Shown: in pieces, positions 35,089 to 44,427 of the stretch | Layout of the letters: each line of letters starts with the position of its first letter | How positions within the stretch are numbered: the first letter of the stretch is position 1 | DNA from: Eutreptiella sp. 'Long Island Sound 2002' | Lineage: Eukaryota > Protista > Euglenida | Reading direction: 5' to 3' | DNA: 64,000 nt | NCBI GenBank assembly: GCA_964036045.1 | Contig: OZ038378.1 | Location: 189,844,001 to 189,908,000 of the forward strand | The notes under the pieces: generated by a model | What the model saw: the letters and a program-made list of their open reading frames with translations, nothing else | Told to the model about the DNA's origin: nothing | The model's database searches: none | Program-made: the position numbers and the translations under genes

Positions 35089-37728
35089 ATGAATTCGGAA
35101 CCCGATTTGGATTTGGACTTCACTCTCCGTGAATCCCGAACCCGCACTAGACATGTGCGTCCGCCGCGTCGCTACTCCCCACCTATCATTGCTCAACGTG
35201 CTCCTCGGATTACTTCGGAGCCAAGTTCCACACCGCATGTACCTTCCTCATCAAACCATGTTTGGCGTTCTTCTGCGGTTGTTCGGGCACGCAATCGTTC
35301 CCGATCCAGCGCGATGACGGAGGCGTTACGGCGACCAAAACCGAAAAATTATTCTCGTGCTCCAAGGGCATACCGAGCGGAATGCCGCTTGAGACGATTC
35401 GGCCCACTCACGTCTCGCCCGCCCCCTGCTGAGCCGGCTCCATACATGGAACTTACCAGGATCAAAGGTCTACGGTGGTTGCATGCTTTACGAAAGGTTC
35501 ATGAATCACTCCCTCCTTTGGACACGCTCCATATGCTTCCCCAAGGGAACCAATCTGGCATTGCATCAACGATCATGTCCGTACAATCTCGTGTTTTTGA
35601 TTTAAGTACCAGCCTGTCCCCTTCGGCACTACGTGCCTTTCGTTCCGATGCATTGACGTCCCTCGATGTGAATGTTACACCACACTCCAAGAACAACCGC
35701 GTCCCCGTGATGAATTTTAAGTCAAAAATTTTGTTGGAATGCATAAACTTGGTGACCAACCATCCTTTTCTCCATCGGTTGTGGGTTCAATTTCATCGGA
35801 GCGCTTCCAATCTTCATTGGTCAATGATTTCCGACCAAGAATGCCATACATTTTGTACCGAGACTTTGGGGTATGCAGCTAACCTCAAATCAGCTTGTAC
35901 CATCCATCCGTCCTGGTGGGAACCTAATGAACCATGGTGGCACACGTGGCAGCATCTCATTCAACCCGATGCGGTCTGGGGAGTCTCCGCCTCCAGTGTT
36001 GGGGCTAGTTTAGGTGCATTCGGCGGACCCACTTCCAATTTTGAGTTAAGCTACGGTGCGCTGCCACTCCACGAGGTGGTATCCTCGGCGCGCCGCATTG
36101 TCTACCTGGCACAACCCGGTGTAACAACCGATGAGTTCAGTAGCCTCTTGACTAGTTCCCAACATGTTGAGGTAATTATTCTCGGGGTGCCCCAGTGTGA
36201 TGAGCACTGGATGACTTTTGCAGCCCAGCTAACTCAAACAGGAATTGCGTTTTGCGCGTATGAAGAAAAACTGTCCCAATCCCAACCTTATGGGTCGTCG
36301 ACGCGATCACGCCACTCCTTGCGAAGCTTCCGAGCCCCATGCGTCTCCTGGTTTTTTATTACTCGAGATACATTGCATTCCACACGACAACCGAATGGTT
36401 TTGTGTTTCGCGCACCGCCGTTTGATATGCACCTTTATATCGCCTCGCTAAGCACGAGATCCAAGCATGGCCGTGGCACATGGTCCATGCCCCCAAAACA
36501 CTGCTACCAAACCGTGGGTAAAGGCCTTATAAAATGTATGTTCCTTGAATCACTACGCAGATTGCAAGTGGTGCGGCAGCACCTGTACTTGCGCGATACG
36601 AATTACCTCTCCAACTTGACAATTGGTCAAAAATTGTCGGCTCATTTAGATGAGATGCGTGCACTGCTAAAATACACCAACTACACATGGATCCGAAGGA
36701 TTATTGGTGTGTCTAAGGCATTGTATGCCCCCTTTGATAAAACACAGAGTGTTGTTTATGTAGTTTTTTCGCTGATTGATGGTACTGTGTATGTTGGGCG
36801 CACGGGGCGATCCATAGTCGAGAGGTTTATTGAGCATTTGAATGGCGGTATCCGTGCAGCATTCCATCTGCGCAGAGGGGAACCAGAATTTCTGGACGGG
36901 TTGGAGTTATACGCGGCCATGGCACGCCACGGCATCGAAAATTTTCTGATTCTACCATTGCAGGTATCTACCCCCGAGCGACTCCCATCTGTTGAGCGAA
37001 GATGGATAAAGTTTTTTGGAATGCATGATTACAACACTCGTGATGCCTCGCAGCCATGCCACTTGCGGTGGCGTTTCTTTAAGCGCATTCCGGCCTCCTC
37101 TGAGGTTCTTCACCGGCAGAGGGTGAAAACTACTGTAGGACAGCTGCTCAGTAATCACAGGAGAGTTAACATGTCGGTGCCAGCACTGCTCGATGTGATG
37201 TGTGAGTCTCAGTCCATGGTTACACGTGCCCATTGGATTGAACTGTGGCGTATTGTGAAACTAAAAATCCATCAACGCACAGGTGTGCATATACCGAGGG
37301 AACTGGCGATACCCTCTGCTGCGAGTAATGAACCCCCCCCCATGTCGCTGACGCATTTTGTTAAAAGCACCATCATGCAAGCGCCCCTGCCGCTCCCCCT
37401 GCGACATTATCTGTGTTCCGTGACACGCCTACAGGCTGTTGGTGGCAAACGTGTCCGTGATCTGTTATGCACAACCCGCATCAATGTACCATGGAAACGC
37501 CTGTGTCACATAGCTGACCAACGCTGTGGCTGTGCCCATGTGAGGGATGTTACCAAGGTGCAAGGGTGTGTGTGTACAAGACTGCATGCGGATTGGGTGA
37601 CGCTGTTTGGTCCGGATGCCACCATCCTTAAACAACATATGGGTAACAGAACCATCACACCCTGGCAGTGCGCCTTCTCTATCAGGATGATGTACAGTTT
37701 GAAACACTGCATACCCTCCCCACCGTGA
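35089..37728 (+). CDS. PLE ORF2, N-terminal part: unknown region plus GIY-YIG endonuclease
   Basis: ATG one base after the ORF1 stop. VVYVVFSLIDGTVYVGRTGRSIVERFIEH...ERRWI...YN at about 36751-37040, followed by a Cys cluster (RCGC..CVC). Confidence 0.85.
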   Translation: MNSEPDLDLDFTLRESRTRTRHVRPPRRYSPPIIAQRAPRITSEPSSTPHVPSSSNHVWRSSAVVRARNRSRSSAMTEALRRPKPKNYSRAPRAYRAECRLRRFGPLTSRPPPAEPAPYMELTRIKGLRWLHALRKVHESLPPLDTLHMLPQGNQSGIASTIMSVQSRVFDLSTSLSPSALRAFRSDALTSLDVNVTPHSKNNRVPVMNFKSKILLECINLVTNHPFLHRLWVQFHRSASNLHWSMISDQECHTFCTETLGYAANLKSACTIHPSWWEPNEPWWHTWQHLIQPDAVWGVSASSVGASLGAFGGPTSNFELSYGALPLHEVVSSARRIVYLAQPGVTTDEFSSLLTSSQHVEVIILGVPQCDEHWMTFAAQLTQTGIAFCAYEEKLSQSQPYGSSTRSRHSLRSFRAPCVSWFFITRDTLHSTRQPNGFVFRAPPFDMHLYIASLSTRSKHGRGTWSMPPKHCYQTVGKGLIKCMFLESLRRLQVVRQHLYLRDTNYLSNLTIGQKLSAHLDEMRALLKYTNYTWIRRIIGVSKALYAPFDKTQSVVYVVFSLIDGTVYVGRTGRSIVERFIEHLNGGIRAAFHLRRGEPEFLDGLELYAAMARHGIENFLILPLQVSTPERLPSVERRWIKFFGMHDYNTRDASQPCHLRWRFFKRIPASSEVLHRQRVKTTVGQLLSNHRRVNMSVPALLDVMCESQSMVTRAHWIELWRIVKLKIHQRTGVHIPRELAIPSAASNEPPPMSLTHFVKSTIMQAPLPLPLRHYLCSVTRLQAVGGKRVRDLLCTTRINVPWKRLCHIADQRCGCAHVRDVTKVQGCVCTRLHADWVTLFGPDATILKQHMGNRTITPWQCAFSIRMMYSLKHCIPSPP

Positions 37729-39059
37729 AGGCTGCCAAGCAAGTCGCGCATGATATGCTACTACAGTCGGCCACTGAGGCTGGCCTTGCCCCATTCCTGC
37801 AACGGGGTCCGTCGTTTGGTGTCCCATGCTCTTTTGCTTTCGTTAAAAACAAGAGCAATGAGTTGATTGATGAACTTAAGTGGCGCATACTCTTCTCCCA
37901 TTTTCACCACCCACTGAAAAAATATGGACAGCGTGTCGGGAGAGCCCTAACTCTGTTAATAAAAGCTGTGGTACAAGTGTTCGATACCTGGGCCATACTC
38001 AACACAGGTGATGTGCGTGAGTTCGCCGGTCGTGTGGAGTCCTCCCTGTCAAAACTGTACCCTGATGGTATCCCTCCGAAGAAACGTCCACATTTATTTG
38101 AACTCGACGTGAAGGAAATGTTCCCTCGCCTTCCTAGGGACGGCGTGATCTCTGCGATTACAAGCCTGGCTTCGGAACTCACCCTGTTCCTGAAAACACA
38201 CCCCCCCCCCGAGGGCACGAACCTTCCCCCACGGCTGCGTGTTGGCAAATCGGGCCTGATATTCAGCATTCACAAACGCAACCGGAAACTGGACAAATTG
38301 GGTAAGGGTTATGCATCTGAGTTTCATATTTTAACGATGCAAGAAGTGATTAATTATTTGAAGTTTGACATTTACACTAATGATCTTTTCGTCATTGGAA
38401 GCCGGATCGCACGACAACGCCGCGGAGTTGCAATTGGTGGTCCATGCTCTGCACAGTGTGCGCAGCTCTATTGCCTCTACCACGAAGTGCAGTTTCGCCA
38501 AAACAAAGGGAAGGGCTGTCGTTTAATGAAACGCCTACCGACAGGTTGCATGCCCATTGATCCATATAGGTATATGGATAACATTGTGGGTGTTATTTGT
38601 GGGTCTGTGTCACTGTCCCGCATCCAGAAAGCACTGCACGCTGTCTATGGGTTAGAGCTCCAAAAAGAAGGGGAGGGAAGCGTCTTGCCTTCCTTGGAGG
38701 CGATCCTGTCACTGAACGCACTCAGCGGATCGGTGGGACTAAGATTGAAACCCAAAGTGGATTACACCCTCCCCCCTCACAAACAGTTGTCACGCTTTCC
38801 TGATAAGGACGCCCTGCAATCACAACGATCTGCCAAAAGCATTGCTGTGCAACTAGGGATGAAATCCTCAGATTATAGTTCTTCGCTGGATGACATACAG
38901 TGTAATCTGTCTGCATGCATACAGGAGTTTGAGGCGAAGCGCTACCCAGGATCCTGGTGGCGGGCCCCTCTACTCGTCGGGGTCACACGTAGTGGACGGT
39001 GCCAGAATTCCGACATATTGCGTGTCCTGTACCCACCATGTATTGCACCCACAGACTGA
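37668..39059 (+). CDS. PLE reverse transcriptase (frameshifted continuation of ORF2)
   Basis: LFELDVKEMFPRLP, RQRRGVAIGGPCS and YRYMDN motifs. Lies in the -1 frame relative to ORF2, with an overlap window at 37647-37728. Confidence 0.88.
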   Translation: MRLLYQDDVQFETLHTLPTVKAAKQVAHDMLLQSATEAGLAPFLQRGPSFGVPCSFAFVKNKSNELIDELKWRILFSHFHHPLKKYGQRVGRALTLLIKAVVQVFDTWAILNTGDVREFAGRVESSLSKLYPDGIPPKKRPHLFELDVKEMFPRLPRDGVISAITSLASELTLFLKTHPPPEGTNLPPRLRVGKSGLIFSIHKRNRKLDKLGKGYASEFHILTMQEVINYLKFDIYTNDLFVIGSRIARQRRGVAIGGPCSAQCAQLYCLYHEVQFRQNKGKGCRLMKRLPTGCMPIDPYRYMDNIVGVICGSVSLSRIQKALHAVYGLELQKEGEGSVLPSLEAILSLNALSGSVGLRLKPKVDYTLPPHKQLSRFPDKDALQSQRSAKSIAVQLGMKSSDYSSSLDDIQCNLSACIQEFEAKRYPGSWWRAPLLVGVTRSGRCQNSDILRVLYPPCIAPTD

Positions 39060-39217
39060 GTCATCCTTCACCTCCTCTCCACCTTGTTGTTCCCCCCCCC
39101 CCCCCACACGTGTACACCCGGGAAACTCGGTGCATGCCAAGTGTGATCCACAACCCCATGTCTCTGGGGTGCTCATGCAATGCGGGACGAACCACAGGGC
39201 CACCACTTATGTGGGGG

Positions 39218-39422
39218 CCATGCAGTGGGATGTAATGCATAAGCCATAGGAGTGATCTAGCCATTTAGCTCTTTGTATGACACGTGATACATTCTGGTTG
39301 ATTGAAAAACGCTATCACTTGCTCACAGTTTATGGGCGCAAGCCACTATTGTTCATGCTCCGCTTGCCGTGCCATTGACGAGATCTTCCAGTCTGCGTGT
39401 CATTGTCTAGAACTCCATGTAG
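39218..39422 (+). repeat. 3' terminal repeat of the PLE
   Basis: Direct repeat of 33568-33772. Confidence 0.93.
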
Positions 39423-39772
39423 CACTCAGTGTGCCCTGGGGCATCAATGGGCACACTTAGACGTCAAAGATGGGGCCGGAAAGCCCACACAGGCGGCATA
39501 ATATCACCAATATACCCAAAACTCACCAAGTGCACACTTGCATACACAGTCACATGCGTCTACCTCCCAAAAAATCATAACTTGGTGCCACCGTGGCTGT
39601 TTTACAAACCGTTTTTGTTTGAAAGCCCTTTTTGTGTAGAATACAGCGATGTTTTTCAATACGAGTCATGAGTAATGGGTTTTGAAACATTTTGCAATGT
39701 TTCATTTCGACTTGATAAAATTTTCCCAAAATTTTCTCTGATTTCTAGGGGGGAATTTTTTTCTCCCGGGAC

Positions 39773-40078
39773 GTAACTTGGCGCCACCGGTGAGTTTTGT
39801 GGCGTTTTTTTTTGGAGAATGTCCTTTGAAACATGTCCTAAAAGGATATCTCTGGCCGTGCTAGGCCGTCTTTTGCTCACTTTGAGCCATTTTGGTTGGG
39901 GGTTGGGGCTCTCAATGTTTGACCGCCGCAGTGGCACACAGTATTTTCGGGGGTGCAACGAAAGTGCCGGGGGGGTAACTTGGCACCACCGCTGAGTTTT
40001 GTGGCGCTTTTTTTTTTGAGAATGTAACTTGAAACATGTACTAAAAGGATATGCCTGGCCGTGGGAGGCCGTCTCTTG
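39773..40078 (+). repeat. Two diverged copies of a ~100-bp unit
   Basis: GTAACTTGGC.CCACC..TGAGTTTTGTGGCG...GAAACATGT.CTAAAAGGATAT at about 39773 and 39975. Confidence 0.8.
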
Positions 40079-41089
40079 AGAGAGAGTTGCAATCAACTTC
40101 TCATGGTCTGTGACCACAGCGCATTTGCGAGAAGATCTCCTCATAATGCTGAGAAATTTGACAGAAAAGGCAAAAAAACGGTTGTTCAAATATTGCAATT
40201 TAAAGCGGCACTTTGGCTCCAATTGACCTAGGCGAGCATTCATTTAATGCGGATTGTAATGCCAATGTAGCACAAAAGCTCGGAATCAAAAAACATGGCA
40301 TTGGCATGAAGAAATGTCCAAAATTTGAACGGCAATTTTCGGATTTTGCCAGATATGGGCCAAAGTGCCACAAACACCCAGGGCAGAAATTTTTGTACAG
40401 TGCATTGCGACAAAAATTCTGATGCTCCCAGCTATAAAACAGCTCTCAAGCTACAGATCCGGCAAAAAAAATCTACATTTGGTGGTTCCCTGCTTAAGAT
40501 ATTCCCAAAATTTGAACGAACCGGCCAAAAAGCGCCGCGCGTAACCATTATCACACCCGCTGGTAATTTGCATCTTGCATACCTCTAGTGACGACTAAGG
40601 GAAAACTCCGCGACTTAGATTACCCCGCCTGTTGGACTGGCGCGCGCCGATGCGCGCCGAAATCTGACTGCGCGCCAGTCCCCCCAAACGGAAAAAAGGG
40701 TTACGGCGGGGCTCGAACTGCCGCAATGCTCCCTCCTACGAACTAGGCACCCTTCTTTACCCATTGGACCATCGCTCCGCCTGTGACAATGTCCGAAAAT
40801 ATCATTTACGGATTTGGTCCCTCCGACGAAATTTTTTAAAAAAAACCAAGCCACCGGCCGAAGCCGGCGGCTGCTGGTTTTTCCCAGCCATGCGCCGAGG
40901 TTGTCGACGGCCCCTGGGCCCCTCGGGCACCTCGGTTGAGTCACAAACTAGACCACTTTTGGTCACATTGTGCACAATCATGGGCCCATTTCCATCATTG
41001 AGCCTAATGGTGAAGGGAGGGGCCAAAGAGGTGCTTGGGCCAAAACTTTGCCCCAAAGGTGAGTTTTCCTTGGAACTTTTTTGAGTTAG

Positions 41090-41760
41090 GAAGACCTTCT
41101 TAGAACAAAAAGAACACACCCTATCCGTCACAGCCCTAGGGATCGTCAGACCTTAGCCTAAGGATGGAGGGGTAGAAAAGTGACCCTCTTTTGAGTGGCT
41201 ACTTGTTGGTGCCAACAAGTGTTTGGCAACACAAAGTGAGGATAGTGTGCACCTTTGGAAAGCTTGTTTTCCATATTGACGCCCCTTTCCATAACAAGGA
41301 AAGGTATCAAACGAAAATGGTGACCAAGTAAGGTTGGCACTTGTTTGTAGTTTGTAGTTGTTAGTACTTTGGTGTAGCTCGGAGTGGCCACTTTTTTAGG
41401 TGGTTCGTTGTTCCCAAAGTGCGCCACTCCAAGACCTCCAAGTACTTTTGTGTGGGCTTTAGTGTGAGCCTTCCTTGATCACCGGTGCCTTTTGGTGCTA
41501 CAAAGACCGCTTGAACACAAAAAGAACACCCCATATCACACCTTACCACAAGGGTACATCTTACCACAAGAGTGGGGGGGTAGAAAAGTGGCACCCTAGA
41601 GTACCAACTCCAGAGTGCTACATCCTACAATAAAAAGTGTTTGGGTGCATAAGGAAAGGATAGCTTGGAAAGCTTGTAGGTTGATGTTAAAGCCCCGTGA
41701 GATATTATGCAAAGATATTGAAGTGCAATGGTAACCAATATAGGTTGACACTAACTTGTA
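41090..41760 (+). repeat. Degenerate duplication with a period of about 410 bp
   Basis: AAAAAGAACAC, GGGGTAGAAAAGTG, TTGGAAAGCTTGT and GGTTG.CACT each recur about 408-412 bp apart. Confidence 0.6.
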
Positions 41761-42839
41761 CTCTATGAGGGGTCGTGGAGTGACACCCCTAGAGGTGGTT
41801 TGTAGCACCCCAACACCGCCGCATAGTGTGCTACCCAAGCACTAAAGCACCACAAGTGCTGTGAGACCACTCCACAACGTATGTCAACAAATAATGTGTA
41901 TTCTCTCTGATTCTAGTGGTTTTGCAACAAAATTTGGAGCAAAAGTTGGTCACTACAACATTGTACCACACCAATTTGCCACCCTTGATGATAGGCAACC
42001 AACAAATGCTTACAATTACAACACATCCCCAAGCCAGCCTTGTGTTGTAAACGTCAAAAGCACTTAGAAACGTGTTGAATGACCATGACTTACCTTATGT
42101 AGGCAGATGCAAGCCACATTTTGGTGGCAAAAGCAAACAATCTTCACAATTGTAGATCTTCTTCCCAACCAACATGCGCAGATTTGGTGCAAACACCCCA
42201 AGGGCCGAACAACGAACTTGTGACCTAGGGAAAGAAACCCTAACCGCGAGCTAAACCCATAAAACGTACGTCACCCTGTGGCCAAACACCCAAAAACGAC
42301 TTGCTTTTTTGCAGAATAACCTGAGCTGCACAAATTTGGGGAGCGGGATTCGAACCGGGCATTAAAACACCAGGCACATCACGTACGGAGCGAGCAACAG
42401 ATGAATCGCCAGCAGACAATGCATCCAAAATTCTGACAATTCAATTTCTTTTTTGCCTGCGGCTGGATCTGTGGATGTTTGCTATTTGGAAACCCAGTGT
42501 TTGGTTTTAGTTTGGTTTTGGTTTGGTTTGTTGTGTCAGTGCCCGCTGTCAGCGGCGGTTCGAATCTGGTGTTCACAGCTTGGGATCGCGGCTGTGCGCC
42601 GCGATTCTCCAGATAAGCGGTGACGGTATGCAAACTGCGGCCGTAGCAGACTGCGAAAGACTGCGCACGAACAGGCGACGCGCGCATTTACAACAACCGA
42701 AAAAACGACTGCAAATGATCTTCTGCTAAAAGGCGCAAATGGAGCGCGGTTGTTTCGAACCGTTGTGCAGCCCGAATTTATAAAATAGTTGCATTATTTT
42801 ATCGCCAGATAAAGGAACGATACCTGACGTGTAACGAGG

Positions 42840-43067
42840 CTACTCATTTTCAACTCCCTCCTACTCAATTTCAACTCCCTCTTGCTCATTTTCAAGTCCC
42901 TCCAAGTGAAAATCCACTCCCTCCTACTCAATTTCAACTCCGTCCTACTCATTTTCAAGTCCCTCCTACTCAATTTCAACACCTTCCTACTCAATTTCAA
43001 CTCCCTCCTACTCAATTTCAACTCCCTCCTACTCAATTTCAACTCCCTCCTGCTCATTTTCAACTCC
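42840..43067. repeat. 21-bp minisatellite, 11 units
   Basis: Consensus CTACTCAATTTCAACTCCCTC. Confidence 0.92.
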
Positions 43068-43069
43068 GG

Positions 43070-44010
43070 GCCTTGCGCAACGCCCTCACCCACTGGCGCT
43101 ACCGCCGGCGGAACCCGCCGCCGCCGCAGCCCCAGCCCCCACGTAAGCGACGACGCAGGCCGGCCCAGGAGAAGAGCGCGAGGGGATGGGGAGGGGACAG
43201 TGCCGCGGGACGCACCCCCCAGCAGGGCCAGGCCCCCCGACCCGGAGCACGACCCCCACCCCCCCCACCGCACGACGCGGCAGAGGGGCGCGCACCACCT
43301 CCAGTAGGGAAGAGGGCGGGGGCAACGAGCGCGGGGGGAGGCCCACTGCCCCACAGCCCACTAACTGCTAACCGCTGACCCGAACCGCCGCCCCCAGCAC
43401 TCGCCGGCCCTCCACCCCCCCTCCCCACCGGCGGGCCGGCACGACGCGGCAGCAGCGAGGAGAGAGGGGGACCTGGGCGAGGGCCTGCACCAGGGTCTGG
43501 CACCCAAGGGATGGAGGGGGGCGGGGGAAGAGTGCGCCCCCTCCGTCGGCGGCTAGCCCCCGGGGACCGGAACCACCAGGCCGCCCCCCTGCGACTGCCG
43601 GGGGGCGGCGCCGGGGGACCAGGGGGGGACTGCGGGGAACCCCCCCTCCCCCCCCTCCCTACCCCCCCCTCTCCCCCCCCCCGGCCCACGGACGGCCGGA
43701 GGCCGGCCAGGGAGGCGGCGGCCCCGCACCCCCCCCGAGAGGGCCGCGGCACGCAGGGGGGGGGACGCCAGAGCCGCGGCGAGCGCGGGCGCGCGCCAAG
43801 TGCCCCCAGTCGGCCGCCCACTCACTCCCGCGGCGCCCTCTGCCGACCGGCAGCTCTGCGCCGGCGGTCAAGGGCGCCCCGTGGGCCGCAGCGGAATGGC
43901 GACAACCAAAAATGCAGCATGGAGGGCGGGGCACAGACGAAGCGACCCGCCTTGGTGCCCGCCTCGAGAAGGCGGGGGAACAGACCGCGGCAAAGAGACC
44001 TCCTTTGATC
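43070..44010. other. Very GC-rich, CpG-rich block with G and C runs
   Basis: Sharp compositional shift. The overlapping ORFs here are low-complexity artefacts. Confidence 0.7.
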
Positions 44011-44427
44011 GGCATGGCTAGGGTGTGCTCCTGCCCTTGGCAGAGCTGGCAGGGCAGTGCGGATCGGCTGAGTAGTTCAGACGCGTGCGCGGTCTTTCAG
44101 AATTTCCTTGCGGTGTTGTTTGTGATACGCATTTCAGAATTGATTGACAGATCTCGATGGTTGTGTGGGATACATGAATTTTGCGCTTATGAGAGCTTCA
44201 GTCCTCAGTATTAATCAGCATTTCACAATGCTTTCCCATTTAGGGGCTTTGCCATGATTATTCATGTTTCATCGACTCCGACGGGCTTTTGAGGATCGCG
44301 TGGATTTCACATTCTGATTTTCGTGCATTTGTATTCCGTGCCTTCGTCAATTGGAGAATGGGTGTTTTTCAAGTAGAGCAAGAGCTTAAAAGATTCATTT
44401 ATCGGGTTTTATACGTCAACAATCACA

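Larger units (their letters stand above)
33568..39422 (+). mobile_element. Penelope-like retroelement with N-terminal GIY-YIG endonuclease and an extra ORF1
   Basis: 205-bp direct terminal repeats without TG..CA, PBS or PPT (pseudo-LTR pattern). GIY-YIG precedes a PLE-type RT. No RNase H, integrase or tyrosine recombinase. Confidence 0.88.

Noticed and set aside
33568-39422. LTR or DIRS/Ngaro identity for the repeat-flanked element
   Set aside because: The repeats lack TG..CA, PBS, PPT and a TSD. There is no RNase H, integrase or tyrosine recombinase, and the RT motifs and GIY-YIG fit a PLE.
40635-40680. 11-bp GC hairpin as a terminator or Helitron end
   Set aside because: The stem GACTGGCGCGC/GCGCGCCAGTC is real, but there is no U-tract or CTRR terminus and no associated gene.
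42236-42260. Telomeric repeat
   Set aside because: Only one CCCTAA-like unit.
42794-44021. Multiple overlapping Pro/Gly/Arg-rich ORFs
   Set aside because: Artefacts of extreme GC content and the 21-bp array.
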